Positions 48,097 through 59,564 of a stretch of DNA of 64,000 nucleotides are shown piece by piece. The stretch lies in the NCBI GenBank assembly GCA_963921275.4, contig OZ001293.3:448001-512000 (forward strand), written 5' to 3'. The translations under genes were made by a program, and so were the position numbers. Position 1 is the first letter of the stretch. The number at the start of each line of letters is the position of its first letter. A model generated the notes under the pieces. That model was not told the origin of the DNA and searched no databases. It was given only the letters and a program-made list of their open reading frames with translations. This stretch comes from an uncultured Hormoscilla sp. (GTDB taxonomy: Bacteria > Cyanobacteriota > Cyanobacteriia > Cyanobacteriales > Desertifilaceae).

Positions 48097-50004
48097 ATGT
48101 GCGGAATAGTGGGCTATATTGGCACCCAAAGGGCAACAGAAATTTTGCTGACAGGATTGGAAAAACTGGAATATCGGGGTTATGATTCCGCTGGCATTGC
48201 CACAGTCTGGAAAGGTAAAATTGACTGCGTCCGGGCGAAAGGCAAACTGCACAATCTGCGAGATAAACTGGTTAATGTGGAAAACGCGGCCCAGATAGGT
48301 ATTGGACATACTCGCTGGGCAACCCACGGCAAACCTGCCGAACACAATGCCCATCCCCATACGGACATGGCCAGACAAGTGGCGGTGGTGCAGAATGGAA
48401 TTGTAGAAAACTATGCTTCGTTGCGTCAAGAACTAAAAGAAAAGGGATACGAGTTTCGTTCGGAGACAGACACGGAAGTTATCCCGAACTTGATCGCCGA
48501 AATTTTATCCACAAACTCCCCATCCACAAACTCCCCATATATATTTCTAGATGCAGTACGACAGGCGGTGAATAGACTGGAAGGGGCCTTCGCGATCGCG
48601 GTTCTGTCTGGGGACTATCCGGACGAATTAATCTTAGCGCGACAACAGGCTCCATTAGTGATTGGATTTGGGCAAGGGGAATTTTTCTGTGCCTCGGATA
48701 CGCCAGCTTTGGTGCCCCATACCCGGGCGGTGTTGCCCCTAAAAAATGGGGAAATGGCGCGTCTAACGCCTTTGGGAGTAGAGGTATATAACTTTGCCGG
48801 GGACAGGCTGAAAAAATATCCCTTCACTCTGAGCTGGAACCCCGTGCAGGTGGAAAAACAGGGATTCAAGCATTTCATGCTCAAGGAAATTCACGAGCAA
48901 CCAGGGGTAGTACGCAATTGTCTGGAGGCTTATTTGCAGACTGAGAAGCACCCCCAAGCAAGGGGTAATTCACCCATCGGCAATCCCGTAAATCTGGGTT
49001 TACCAGAAGAATTATTCCAGGATTTGGAGATGATTCAAATTCTGGCCTGTGGGACGAGTTGGCACGCGGGTCTCGTGGGCAAATACTTGCTGGAACAGTT
49101 GGCGGGGATACCGACGCAAGTGCAATATGCTTCGGAGTTTCGTTACGCGCCGCCGCCGATAACGGCAAATACCCTGACAATAGGGGTGACCCAGTCTGGG
49201 GAAACAGCCGATACTTTGGCAGCTTTGGGTATGGAACAACAGCGACGTGCGGATGGAGAAGCAAAATATCAGTCGCGCATCTTGGGAATTACTAATCGAT
49301 CGAAAAGTTCTCTAGCCCATATGGTGCCTCATATTATTAACACCCATGCGGGAATTGAAATTGGGGTGGCGGCTACAAAAACCTTTGTGGCCCAGTTGAT
49401 GGCCTTTTACTTTCTGGCTCTGGATTTGGCCTATCGGCGTCAGATTAAATCTATCTCGCAGTTGGAAGAAATTATCGATGGTTTGCGCCAGTTGCCCAGG
49501 GAAATTGAATTAATTTTGGAGACTCAGTCTCGCTACATTGAGGAGTTAGCTCGCGAGTTTAACGAAACTAAGTATTTCATCTTTGTGGGGCGAGGAATTA
49601 ATTTTCCTATTGCCCTAGAAGGGGCGCTGAAATTGAAGGAAATTAGTTATATTCACGCGGAAGGCTATCCCGCTGGGGAGATGAAACATGGCCCGATCGC
49701 ATTACTGGATTCTAAAGTGCCGGTGGTGGCGATCGCGATGCCGGGAAGCATTTACGAGAAAGTGCTCTCGAATGCCCAGGAAGCGAAGGCGCGGGATGCC
49801 CGTTTAATTGGGGTAACGCCGAAGGACGAGCCGCTTGCGGCAGAAATATTTGACGACTTGTTAGCAGTGCCGATGGTAGAGGAAATATTGTCACCAATCT
49901 TGACAGTAATTCCGCTACAATTATTAGCATATAACATTGCGGCGCTGCGGGGATTGGATGTGGATCAGCCGAGGAATTTGGCCAAGTCTGTGACTGTAGA
50001 ATAG
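48097..50004 (+). CDS. glmS: Glutamine-fructose-6-phosphate transaminase
   Basis: MCGIVG, HTRWATHG, EGALKLKEISY, PRNLAKSVTVE. Confidence 0.98.
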   Translation: MCGIVGYIGTQRATEILLTGLEKLEYRGYDSAGIATVWKGKIDCVRAKGKLHNLRDKLVNVENAAQIGIGHTRWATHGKPAEHNAHPHTDMARQVAVVQNGIVENYASLRQELKEKGYEFRSETDTEVIPNLIAEILSTNSPSTNSPYIFLDAVRQAVNRLEGAFAIAVLSGDYPDELILARQQAPLVIGFGQGEFFCASDTPALVPHTRAVLPLKNGEMARLTPLGVEVYNFAGDRLKKYPFTLSWNPVQVEKQGFKHFMLKEIHEQPGVVRNCLEAYLQTEKHPQARGNSPIGNPVNLGLPEELFQDLEMIQILACGTSWHAGLVGKYLLEQLAGIPTQVQYASEFRYAPPPITANTLTIGVTQSGETADTLAALGMEQQRRADGEAKYQSRILGITNRSKSSLAHMVPHIINTHAGIEIGVAATKTFVAQLMAFYFLALDLAYRRQIKSISQLEEIIDGLRQLPREIELILETQSRYIEELAREFNETKYFIFVGRGINFPIALEGALKLKEISYIHAEGYPAGEMKHGPIALLDSKVPVVAIAMPGSIYEKVLSNAQEAKARDARLIGVTPKDEPLAAEIFDDLLAVPMVEEILSPILTVIPLQLLAYNIAALRGLDVDQPRNLAKSVTVE

Positions 50005-50163
50005 ATAACAGCCGCCCGCCCCCGCCGCCCCAACCCCGCCGCCCCCGCCGCCCCAACCCTAAAGGGTGGGGCTAATTGAACAAAGCCTGCCTGCGCAGGC
50101 TGAAGCAGGAATCAGGATATGATAATTAGGACGCATGTTAATGTAAGAAAGGAGTAACCGGTT

Positions 50164-50356
50164 ATGAAGGGAGCCATGAAGCCAGAACGAGAGGGCGATC
50201 GCATTTACAAAGGGCGCTTTGAAGAACTGAAAAGAGAGGTAATGATTGGAATAAAAGCATCGTCACGGGGTGAGGTAGTAGATGGAGAGACGGCAATTCA
50301 AGAAATTCGGCAGAAGCTCGATCTTCGTTGCCAAGAAGCGTCGGGAGAACATCCGA
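50164..50356 (+). pseudogene. ParD-like antitoxin C-terminal remnant
   Basis: RIYKGRFEELKREVMIGI..RGEVVDGE. Confidence 0.5.
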
Positions 50357-50851
50357 GGCGGCGCAGTTGGGCAAATTCCGGGGCAAGAAGCATTAGCTGA
50401 GGTGAGGCGACTGGTGGCGCAATGCTGAGGCGGTCTATCCTGAAGAAGGACCGGTGCAAGTAGCAGGTCAGCTTCTACCTGGAGAATGTTAAGATTCTTT
50501 GCGAAAAGTTGACAGTAGCAGAATTGACGGGTTAAAGTTGTGTTGATGCATCATAAGCCTGGGTAAAAACGCAGGAGAATATGTCTAGTTGGGGCTTGTT
50601 CAATGGCGGCGCAGTTGGGCAAATTCCGGGGCAAGAAGCATTAGCTGAGGTGAGGCGACTGGTGGCGCAATGCTGAGGCGGTCTATCACGAGAAGGACCG
50701 GTGCAAGTAGCAGGTCAGCTTCTACCTGGAGAATGTTAAGATTCTTTGCGAAAAGTTGACAGTAGCAGAATTGACGGGTTAAAGTTGTGTTGATGCATCA
50801 TAAGCCTGGGTGAAAACGCGGGAGAATAGGTCTAGTTGGGACTTGTTCAAT
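50357..50851. repeat. Tandem duplication (2 x ~248 bp) containing degenerate dapL 3' sequence
   Basis: Units 50357-50604 and 50605-50851; translate to AEAVY..VSFYLENVKI..AWVKT..SSW. Confidence 0.85.
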
Positions 50852-50900
50852 ATTTCAGCGTTTAATAGTCGGGAGAATTAAGATTCAGGAGGTCATTCCA

Positions 50901-52489
50901 ATGTCTGATAACTACTTCTTCATTGAAGATTTAATTTATAAGATAAAAATGGGTATAATTAGAATTCCATCTTTCCAAAGAGGTTTTGTTTGGGATCGGG
51001 ATAGAGTTCGCAACTTTATAGACAGTATATATAAAGGGTTTCCTTTTGGGTCCGTATTAATATGGCGAACAAAAACTCCCCTAAGAACAGAAAGAAATCT
51101 TGGGCCTTATAAGCTGCCTGATAACGAACCAGAATATCCGATAGATTATGTTCTAGATGGTCAACAAAGAATCACATCTATTTTTGGTATATTTCAGAAC
51201 AGTATAGATCTAGAAAAAAATGAGAATACTGATTGGACATATCTGTACTTTGAAATCAATAGTCAGGACTCTATTCCTTTTTGTTACCTAGAAAGTAATG
51301 AAGACCATGACATGCACAAATATTTTCCGTTAAAGTATGTATTTGACTCTCGTAAATACAGAAATGTTACTCGACATATAGAGGAAGAATATGCAGAAAA
51401 AATAGACGAGTTAGTTGATAAGTTTAAAAAAGCCAATATACCGATTTAACGCTTTGAGACGGAAGAAAGAAACTATGTCGCAACTGTTTTTGAAAGAATT
51501 AATCGGCAGGGTTTGGAATTAAATACATTTGAATTATTGTCAGTGTGGAATTGGAGCGAAGATTTCGACCTGCAAGAAAAGTTTCGAGAAATTTTAGAGA
51601 GACTAGAATACTTTGATTTCAACGAAAGCAAATCAGATTTGCTTCTCAAATGTTGCTCTGCTGTGATAAAAAATAGTGCAGATCCTAAAGATTTTTTAGA
51701 CATGCGTAGCGATGAAGTAAGAGAAAAATTTAATGAAATAAAAACAGGAATATTTAGAGCTATAGATTTTCTCGAAAAAGAGCTGAGAGTTTTTTCTTTG
51801 AAACTACTACCTATGGAAAATATATTAATCGTTCTTTCTTCTTTATTTGCTGCTTCCAAAAAGCAGCCAGATCCTATACATCAAAAGCAATATGAATGTA
51901 TAAATAAGTGGTTTTGGCGTTCATGCTTTTCTGAAAGATATGCGAGAGGAGGAAAAAATATTGAAGTAGATCTGAAGGAGATCCAGAAACTGAAAAATGG
52001 TCGGGATAGTGACCTAGGAGAATTTAATATAGATATAGATAAAAATTACTTTCTGCGGAATAATTTGAGAATGAATACAATTGCTACAAAAACTTTTATT
52101 CTTATATTAGCAGATAAGGAACCTTTGAATTTTATTCAGGAAAAAAAATATCTTTAGATAATGTTTTGTCCCAAGGTAACAGAAAGGAATTCCATCATAT
52201 TTTCCCTAAAGCTTATCTACAGGGCCTAAAGGAGTATAATGACAATCAAATAAACTGCTTGGCAAATTTTTGTATTCTTTCAAGAACAGACAATAACAAA
52301 ATTAAGGATCGTCCTCCAAGTGAATATATATCCGAAATATCTAAAGACAATCAAAAGAAAATATTGGAAAGTCATTTCTGTTTTGAAGTTATTAAGGAAC
52401 TATTAAAGAATGATTTTGAAAGTTTTCTATATCAAAGAGCAAGTTTACTTTGTAAAAGAGCGCGGGAGTTGTCACAACTGCCGAACTGA
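50901..52489 (+). pseudogene. DUF262/HNH (GmrSD-like) nuclease, stop at 51447 plus poly-A frameshift
   Basis: PSFQRGFVW, VLDGQQRITS, FERINRQG, EFHHIFPK, LANF; AT-rich. Confidence 0.85.
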
Positions 52490-52564
52490 AAAGTGAGAAA
52501 GGTAAGCGAACTTCCTGAAATTAGCTTAAAATAGACATAGTTGCCTAGCAATTGCTTTACTCCT

Positions 52565-53248
52565 ATGGTTGTAAGTACCATCATCGACCTACCCCCTCTC
52601 GAAAGCGGCGATCGCCTGACAAGGGCTGAGTTCGAGCGTCGCTACACCGCATCTACAGACATTAAAAAAGCCGAACTGATTGAAGGAGTTGTATACGTGG
52701 CTTCCCCCGTCCGCGCGAGAAGACATTCCAGGCCCCACGCAATGATAATCCATTGGTTGGGAGAATATTGTGTAGCGACACCTGGCGTAGATTTACATGA
52801 TAACGCCACTGTCCACCTGGATGCCAATAACGAGCCTCAACCCGATGCCTTATTGCGCATCGAACCAGAAGTAGGGGGCAACTCTTTCATAAGTGAAGAT
52901 GACTACATTGAGGGTGCGCCAGAACTGATTGCCGAAATTGCAGCCAGCAGCGCCGCCTACGATCTGAATGACAAACTCAATGCCTATCGTCGCAATGGCG
53001 TACTTGAATATATTGTCTGGCAAACCTATGAGAACAGAGTTGATTGGTTCGCACTGCAAGCAGGCCGCTACGTCCCGATCTTGCCCGATGATAATTCCAT
53101 TATCGCTAGTCGAGTCTTCCCTGGTTTGTGGTTGTCCGTAGAGGCCCTGCGCCAAGGCGATCGCCGGAAGTTAAAGGCCGTTTTGCAGTCAGGTTTGCAA
53201 ACAGAGGCGCATCAAGAATTTGTTCGAGTACAACTGAAAGCCTTGTAG
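52565..53248 (+). CDS. Uma2-family endonuclease
   Basis: LESGDRLTRAEFERRY, EPQPD, APELIAEI, YRRNGV. Confidence 0.9.
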   Translation: MVVSTIIDLPPLESGDRLTRAEFERRYTASTDIKKAELIEGVVYVASPVRARRHSRPHAMIIHWLGEYCVATPGVDLHDNATVHLDANNEPQPDALLRIEPEVGGNSFISEDDYIEGAPELIAEIAASSAAYDLNDKLNAYRRNGVLEYIVWQTYENRVDWFALQAGRYVPILPDDNSIIASRVFPGLWLSVEALRQGDRRKLKAVLQSGLQTEAHQEFVRVQLKAL

Positions 53249-53257
53249 AGAAAGCCT

Positions 53258-53452
53258 TTAGTCCACTGGAAATTCAAGGCAGGCGAGAATGTCTTACTCT
53301 GTGAGTTCAGGAAAGTCCTCTAAAATCTCAGCATGAGACATTCCGGCTGCCAACCAGCCAAGCACGTCATAAACAGTGATACGCATACGCCGGATACAAG
53401 GCTTACCGCCTCGCTTATCCGGCTCAATTGTAATCAGGTCGCGATAGCTCAT
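53258..53452 (-). pseudogene. DUF433 antitoxin-like protein with internal stop
   Basis: ITIEPDKRGGKPCIRRMRITVYDVL..EILEDFPELTE*DI. Confidence 0.8.
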
Positions 53453-53501
53453 GGCCCATAGATGTTTAGGATCTAGTCTAGCTTAACACATCACGGCACT
53501 T

Positions 53502-53909
53502 ATGAATTTTGAACAGATTTGGCAGCAGTATGACTTTACCGAAGCTGAGTTGTTAAACATGGGTTGGCAACTCCCTGGCGATTACCTCCTGCATTTGAAC
53601 TATTATTGGGACGAATGGGGACAGGTGAGCGATCGCTCACGCCCCCTGACAGTAATTCTACTCGACTGCACTCGTCTCACCGTGCAGTTGAACCCGACGC
53701 GCCCAAAGTCAGGTTATCCATCTCACCTAGGAACCATCGTCGGTTGGGGCTTAGTCTCGCCGTCAGAGTGGTGGCTTCGTCAGCAACTTTCTGAGGACTT
53801 GTGGCTGCATTTGCGCTTTGAAATCGGTAGCGATAGCTTTATTGAAGCCCTCTGTCGTTCTCTAGCAGTTCAGCAGCAGGAATTTGCCCTTTCAGTTAGC
53901 AGTGCTTAA
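53502..53909 (+). CDS. Hypothetical protein
   Basis: 135-aa ORF with ATG, no recognised motif. Confidence 0.55.
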   Translation: MNFEQIWQQYDFTEAELLNMGWQLPGDYLLHLNYYWDEWGQVSDRSRPLTVILLDCTRLTVQLNPTRPKSGYPSHLGTIVGWGLVSPSEWWLRQQLSEDLWLHLRFEIGSDSFIEALCRSLAVQQQEFALSVSSA

Positions 53910-53935
53910 CAGCCTCAGATCCTACCCATGCTTGC

Positions 53936-54568
53936 TTAGTCATTAATTGCTAATTGACTGAGGCGTTTAAGAATGCTCAAAACCCGATACAAATCATTCC
54001 CGGGGTTGCGTAGGGAAAATTCAGCAGAAGTAGCGTATCGTGGTACTTCACCTTTGACTAATTTGATGAAAATGAACGTGCCTCCAGTGGCGATCGTGCC
54101 AAAGCAAGGTTTCTCTAGATCGGGGTTGGCCAGCATATAAGCTATAATTTGTGGGAGTCCAGCCTCGATCGAGAAGCTAGCCCGTTTGGACTCGATTACC
54201 ATTACCCACAATTGCTCTTGCAAAACTAGGGTGTCAATGCTACCCTTGATTACCACTTCTTCATCAGACACTGAAATCTCTATAGGATGTTCTGCTTTGA
54301 AGTGAAAAGGCGGAAGATAGAATTCCCCGATAAAGACAAGAGGGGAGACGATCGCTATGTTGACTGGCTTTTCGAGGAAAGGAGTTTTTCTAATCAAATT
54401 AAAATATCCAGCTTTTACCCGGTCTAACAGTTGTTTTTGCGAGTCGGTAATTTCTGGCAAGTTGTCTTGCCACTCGCGGAAAAATTGGTCATCGTCAACT
54501 AGCTGAAGGTGAAATATACGTTCTAAGTCGTCCAGGGTGACGTCTTTAGCTGAAATTGTTTCTGCCAT
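53936..54568 (-). CDS. HsdR-N-like PD-(D/E)xK protein
   Basis: GSID, VIESK, PQIIAYM, ATGG.FIF. Confidence 0.8.
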   Translation of the reverse strand: MAETISAKDVTLDDLERIFHLQLVDDDQFFREWQDNLPEITDSQKQLLDRVKAGYFNLIRKTPFLEKPVNIAIVSPLVFIGEFYLPPFHFKAEHPIEISVSDEEVVIKGSIDTLVLQEQLWVMVIESKRASFSIEAGLPQIIAYMLANPDLEKPCFGTIATGGTFIFIKLVKGEVPRYATSAEFSLRNPGNDLYRVLSILKRLSQLAIND

Positions 54569-54647
54569 AGTTGTGATTTGTCAGATGTTATGAATTAATA
54601 GTCCGATCGAGGAATATTATTGTCTGATCGGGAATGGTGCTCCGACA

Positions 54648-54914
54648 TTAGGTATTTTCCTGCTGTATCCCATGCTTGTCAAGTGAAACAGGGGAAAAAT
54701 TTCCCCACATCTCGCGACGTGCTTCAGTGATATCTGCTGCTGTAATCTTAATTCCCAAGTCAGCACACAACCCTTTGATGCTGCGACGCGGGCGCGAATA
54801 ATTACTCTTTTGCACGAGAAACTCCGCAAAGTCCAACAATTACTGTTGTTTGTCTGGGGGCAATTGTAGCAGTTTTTCTAATACTGCTTGCTGAATGTCT
54901 GTGGTTTTTATCAT
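54648..54914 (-). pseudogene. DUF2281-like antitoxin with in-frame stop
   Basis: LEKLLQLPPDKQQ*LLDFAEFL..GLCADLG..DITEARREMW. Confidence 0.7.
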
Positions 54915-55014
54915 TTTGATTACCGCTGTCCCACCCAAAAACTCCGATCGCCCCGGCGGGGTAACTACTGCAAACAGTGGTAAGCTAGTTGAGGAGTTTT
55001 GTAACAATCGGACT

Positions 55015-56250
55015 ATGGCAAAGATCAACGATAACTACCTGAAGCTCAAAGCTGGCTACCTGTTTCCCGAAATTGCTCGCCGGGTAAATGCCTTTGCTCA
55101 GGCCAATCCTGATGCTCAGATTATCAAGCTGGGTATCGGCGACGTGACTGAACCCCTACCAGAAGCCTGCTGCACCGCCATGATGAAGGCAGTTCAAGAC
55201 ATGGGCGATCGGGCCACCTTCAAAGGCTACGGTCCCGAACAGGGCTACCCCTGGTTGCGGGCAAAAATTGCCGCTAGTGACTTCCAAGCCCGGGGATGCG
55301 ACATCGATGCTTCGGAAATCTTCATCTCCGACGGTTCCAAGTGCGACACGGGCAACATTCTCGATATCTTTGGCCATGATAATGCGATCGCCATTACTGA
55401 TCCCGTATATCCAGTATACCTCGACACTAACGTAATGGCAGGCAATACTGGACCCGGCAACGATGCAGGCAAGTATGAGGGTATACGGTATCTGCCCATT
55501 ACCGCAGACAACAACTTTACCGCCGAGATTCCCTCAGAGAACGTCGATCTGATTTACCTATGCTTCCCCAATAACCCTACTGGGGCAACGGCGACCAAAT
55601 CAGATCTGAAAGCGTGGGTAGACTATGCTAACGCTAATGGTTCGATCGTTTTCTTCGATGCCGCCTACGAAGCTTTCATCACAGATCCGGATCTGCCCCA
55701 TTCTATCTATGAAATTGACGGGGCCAAATCATGCGCGATCGAGTTTCGTTCCTTCTCCAAAAATGCCGGGTTTACGGGTACTCGCTGTGCCCTAACGGTA
55801 GTACCCAAGACCCTCACGGCGAAAGCAGCGGATGGTTCTGATGTAGAATTGTGGAAGCTGTGGAACCGCCGTCATTGCACCAAGTTCAATGGCGTATCAT
55901 ACATCGTGCAACGGGGGGCAGAAGCGGTCTATACTGAAGCAGGACAGGCACAAATCAAAGCATTAGTCAGTTTCTATCTGGAGAATGCTAAGATTATTTG
56001 TGCTAAATTAACAGCAGCAGGATTGAAAGTTTATGGCTGCGTGAATGCACCTTACGTCTGGGTGCAGACCCCTGCTGGTTTGTCCAGTTGGGATTTCTTC
56101 GATAAGCTGTTGCATAACTGCAATGTGGTAGGAACGCCCGGTTCGGGGTTTGGTGCCGCAGGGGAAGGTTACTTCCGCATTTCGGCGTTTAATAGTCGGG
56201 AGAATGTAGAAGAGGCGACGCAGCGGATCACCGAGAAGTTTAAAGTGTAG
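55015..56250 (+). CDS. dapL: LL-diaminopimelate aminotransferase
   Basis: [38 protein letters not shown]. Confidence 0.97.
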   Translation: MAKINDNYLKLKAGYLFPEIARRVNAFAQANPDAQIIKLGIGDVTEPLPEACCTAMMKAVQDMGDRATFKGYGPEQGYPWLRAKIAASDFQARGCDIDASEIFISDGSKCDTGNILDIFGHDNAIAITDPVYPVYLDTNVMAGNTGPGNDAGKYEGIRYLPITADNNFTAEIPSENVDLIYLCFPNNPTGATATKSDLKAWVDYANANGSIVFFDAAYEAFITDPDLPHSIYEIDGAKSCAIEFRSFSKNAGFTGTRCALTVVPKTLTAKAADGSDVELWKLWNRRHCTKFNGVSYIVQRGAEAVYTEAGQAQIKALVSFYLENAKIICAKLTAAGLKVYGCVNAPYVWVQTPAGLSSWDFFDKLLHNCNVVGTPGSGFGAAGEGYFRISAFNSRENVEEATQRITEKFKV

Positions 56251-56317
56251 AGATTGGGGTGGGCGATGCCCACCCATCCATTGGCAGGCAATTCGATCTA
56301 TGAAATTAAAGTGATAT

Positions 56318-56644
56318 GTGATGTTAACCTGTAACTATCGTGTATTTCAAGAAGCAAACGGCGATTACATTATTCGGGAAGTATTCTATGCAGAGAATGG
56401 CTCGATTCTCGCCTGCACGGAAAATGCAGTTGAACCCTGGGGGCGATCGCCAGAAGAATTAGCCAAAGATATTGAGTCCTTCCAGGAAGCATTAATGCTG
56501 CCCGTATTAACTCTAGCTGATATTCCGACCGATCGAAGTTATCAGAAGCACGAGGGCAAAAACAACATCTCCCGCGAGCAACTCATGGCTGAACTCGGCT
56601 TAAGTCATCTATCACTAACGAGTCTTGGCGATGAAACATCGTAG
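56318..56644 (+). CDS. Hypothetical protein
   Basis: NYRV..YIIREVFY..ALMLPVL. Confidence 0.55.
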   Translation: MMLTCNYRVFQEANGDYIIREVFYAENGSILACTENAVEPWGRSPEELAKDIESFQEALMLPVLTLADIPTDRSYQKHEGKNNISREQLMAELGLSHLSLTSLGDETS

Positions 56645-56670
56645 TATGACAAAATCGGAACGGAGGTATT

Positions 56671-56874
56671 ATGAACGACAAACATAGCCAGATTTCGCCG
56701 ATACCCGAAGAATTTGCTAGCTATGAAGAAGCGGCAGACTTTTGGGATACTCACGACACGACCGATTATTTAGATAGCTTGGAAACCGTATCTCTAGAAA
56801 CAGTGGATCTGAAACGGCGACAGTTTGAAGTTGAGGTGGATGCCGACTTGATGAAAGTGAGGTGTGGGGGTTAG
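56671..56874 (+). pseudogene. CopG/BrnA-like antitoxin, probably truncated
   Basis: IPEEFASYEEAADFWDTHDTTDY. Confidence 0.65.
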
Positions 56875-56996
56875 TCAATTGGTTAACGATCTGCTGCGAT
56901 CGACTATTGGCGATGTTGCCCAAAAACCAGGTTGATGGTTTAGGTGTAGAAGAGGCGATGCAGCGGATTACCGAGAAGCTTAAAAGGAAGAGGTAG

Positions 56997-57370
56997 ATGC
57001 CTACTGACATGCAGTTAAAGTGTTTGTACCGAATTGGCTATCAACTAACATATGTGATGTTTCAGCCGATTCACCTTATTTGTGTTGACGAGCGCACTCA
57101 AAATCTATTCATCCTGGCAGGTAACAACGAAGAAATTGAATTTGAAGTCACCGGGGAGGTACTGTAATGAGTAAAATTGAGTATGTGACAATGTCGGACC
57201 AGCAGTTAAGGCAATACTTTCTCGAACATCGTGACGATCTGGCGGCACTCGAAGCTTACCTCGATCGCCGCCAGATCGCGATCGACTGAAGTCATAACAA
57301 CCGCGAACGACCCCGACTTTGATGCCAAAATCATAGCTGCAATTCGTCAGCAGATGAGCGATAATATTTA
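56997..57370 (+). other. Small coupled gene pair (DUF6888/DUF6887-like); second gene frameshifted
   Basis: MPTDMQL..FQPIHL..DERT..ILAG, then TAATG overlap into MSDQQLRQYFLEHRDD. Confidence 0.55.
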
Positions 57371-57829
57371 ATCAAGCAAAAACTCAGGGTCGAGACTTTC
57401 TTCTGGGGAAAAAGTCGCCGACATTGGCAAAGTATCCAGGGGTAAACCAGTCTCTAAAGCGGCTAACTGTCTGGCATCAAAATAACATTCATCAAATACT
57501 TCCAGGAAGTAATTTTTCAGACTAGGACTATCTTGAAAGGCTTTTCTCAAGCGCCGACGATGTTCAAAAATAGTTGCCAGCCAGCTATTTGAACGTTTTT
57601 CGACCTGATATTGATACTTAAGGAGGTGCATCAATAGCACAACCAAATTGCTTTCTAGCGCCCGTCGTTCTCTTTTTCCCATATCTGTGAGTTCTTCAAT
57701 GAGATTAGCAATATCTAACTCAGCAAATTTACCTTGCTGCAACTGCTTAACCGTCCCTTGCAGCCAAAGATAGTAGTCTCGATCGTAAAGGCTGGAATGA
57801 CCAGTTGTTATGATTCGGGATACCGTCAT
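57368..57829 (-). CDS. DUF29 family protein
   Basis: LYDRDYYLW, NLIEELTDMGK, HLLKYQYQ, SPSLK. Confidence 0.9.
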   Translation of the reverse strand: MTVSRIITTGHSSLYDRDYYLWLQGTVKQLQQGKFAELDIANLIEELTDMGKRERRALESNLVVLLMHLLKYQYQVEKRSNSWLATIFEHRRRLRKAFQDSPSLKNYFLEVFDECYFDARQLAALETGLPLDTLPMSATFSPEESLDPEFLLD

Positions 57830-58003
57830 ATGTTCAACTTCTTAAGCGACCAAAGTTTGGCTACATTATAGCAGTAAAATTGGATTGGCGATCGGCTTGC
57901 CAGAAACCGGGTTGCGAAAATTAAACAAATCTTAACAAGCCCAGTTGCACGAGGTACAGATTTACGGTAGAATCAAAGAGCAGTAAATTTCAACTAAGTG
58001 GTG

Positions 58004-59117
58004 ATGGTGCGATTCGTTCAGGCGTAAACTGGCGACGGTGAAGTCTGGTCTGGTTTCATTTGCCGGATAACTCTGGTTATCATGGGGGTTAAATTCCCTC
58101 TCCCCAGGTGTGGGGGGTCGAGGGTACTACCGGTCCTTAGTGCTGCGGGGTCACATCGCCGTGGTGCTCCGCTAGGGCTTAAATGTAGGATAGCTGGCAG
58201 CCTAACCCAGTGACGCCGCTAGGAAAGATGCTCATGGTTAGAACAAGCGAACCTGTTAAAGCCTCGTTACATAGAACCAGCGGAATAAGGCTTATACGCT
58301 GGCCCAAAAGGGAAAATGGTAGTTAGTGTTGGTAGTCATCTATTGCCAGCATCGCACCCAAAGAACTCCCGGGGTATAGCAGGGGCCTACAAGCATCGAG
58401 AAATGATACCAGGGAACGAAGTAACCTCACGTGAGCTGTCCCCATTTGGACCAGTTAGATGTAAAGCGCAAGCCGCGAAGAGGAAGGATGTTCTAAGAAG
58501 CCAACGCCTGGGGTAATGCCTGGGATATGCAGACGTGGGACGGATATGGTAAGAAGCCTTTGGTGAAAGTAGCCCTAACACGTCGCAAAACTTAGGAGAA
58601 ATCCAAAAGTATGAATATGGACTAGAGTCTCAGCCGGGTCAAGTTCAGAGCCCCGATAAATTGCCAGAATGGAGAAATGTTAGAGAAGAGCGGCTAGAAT
58701 GGTTTGCTGAACTACCCTCCGCGATCGCGCAGCGTGCGCGCAGCGCATACCTTCCGGAGCTGAAATCATTAACGGTCCAATAGGATTGACCATAAGGGGT
58801 AAAATTACAGAGGGTAAGGGGAATACGGGGTAACCCAATATGTCTAAGGACAAGCCCCAGCGGTGAAAGTCACAAGTCCGGTTCCGCTCTTGGAGGGTTG
58901 GGGAGTGATTCCCAGCTCGACCCCGACCACAATCAAAGAACAAATCCTTGAGAAAATTGACCAGTTGCCAGAGTCAGCATTGCTGGAGGTATTGGAATTT
59001 GTGCGTTCTCTAAAAGCTAGGCACCAACCCCAGCTGCAGCAGAGTGATGCCTGGAAAGCTTATCTGGCTTCTAAGCAGGAAAGAAAGGAGGTATACCGTC
59101 GCCTTGCTAGTTCCTAA
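58004..59117 (+). CDS. DUF2281-like antitoxin interrupted by intron copy 3 (exons 58004-58006 and 58929-59117)
   Basis: Removing the intron gives ATG-ACA-ATC = MTIKEQILEKIDQLPESALLEVLEF. Confidence 0.75.
58007..58928 (+). mobile_element. ORF-less group II intron, copy 3
   Basis: GTGCG at 58007; EBS2 58269-58274; EBS1 58337-58342; D5 ~58852-58884; D6 to 58927/8. Confidence 0.92.
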
Positions 59118-59489
59118 GTTTATTACCTAGATGAAGTATTGGCAATTCACGCCGATCAAATTGCCAGCTTTGGGGGTACTGCGGGCATCCGCGATCGGGG
59201 TTTGCTGGAGTCGGCCTTGGCTCAACCCCAAGCTACATTTGCTGGGGAACTCCTGCACCCAACGATCTACGAGCAAGCAGCAGCCTACTTTTATCACCTG
59301 GCAATGAACCATCCCTTTATTGATGGCAACAAACGGACGGCGTTTGCGAGAATGGATGCCTTTTTGCGGATGAATGGCTATGGTCTCAATATTACCGATG
59401 ACCGGGCTTATGACCTGGTGATGCAGGTGGCCAGAGGAACTCTGAGCAAGTCGGAATTGGCCAGCTTTTTAGAGGGGGCGATCGCCTAA
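59104..59489 (+). pseudogene. doc: Death-on-curing (Doc/Fic) toxin, 1-nt frameshift near N-terminus
   Basis: GIRDRGLLESAL, NHPFIDGNKRTA; ..ATT ACC TAG ATG breaks PKFIT(L)DEV. Confidence 0.8.
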
Positions 59490-59564
59490 TTCAGGCTACA
59501 ATATAGATGGTGGTGCCCCCCGATCGCAAATCACCAGTCACCAGTTTATTTGGAGACATTCCTA

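Noticed and set aside
58316..58943. Short ORFs repeated in all three ~920-bp elements
   Set aside because: Incidental frames within intron RNA; no RT or maturase motifs.
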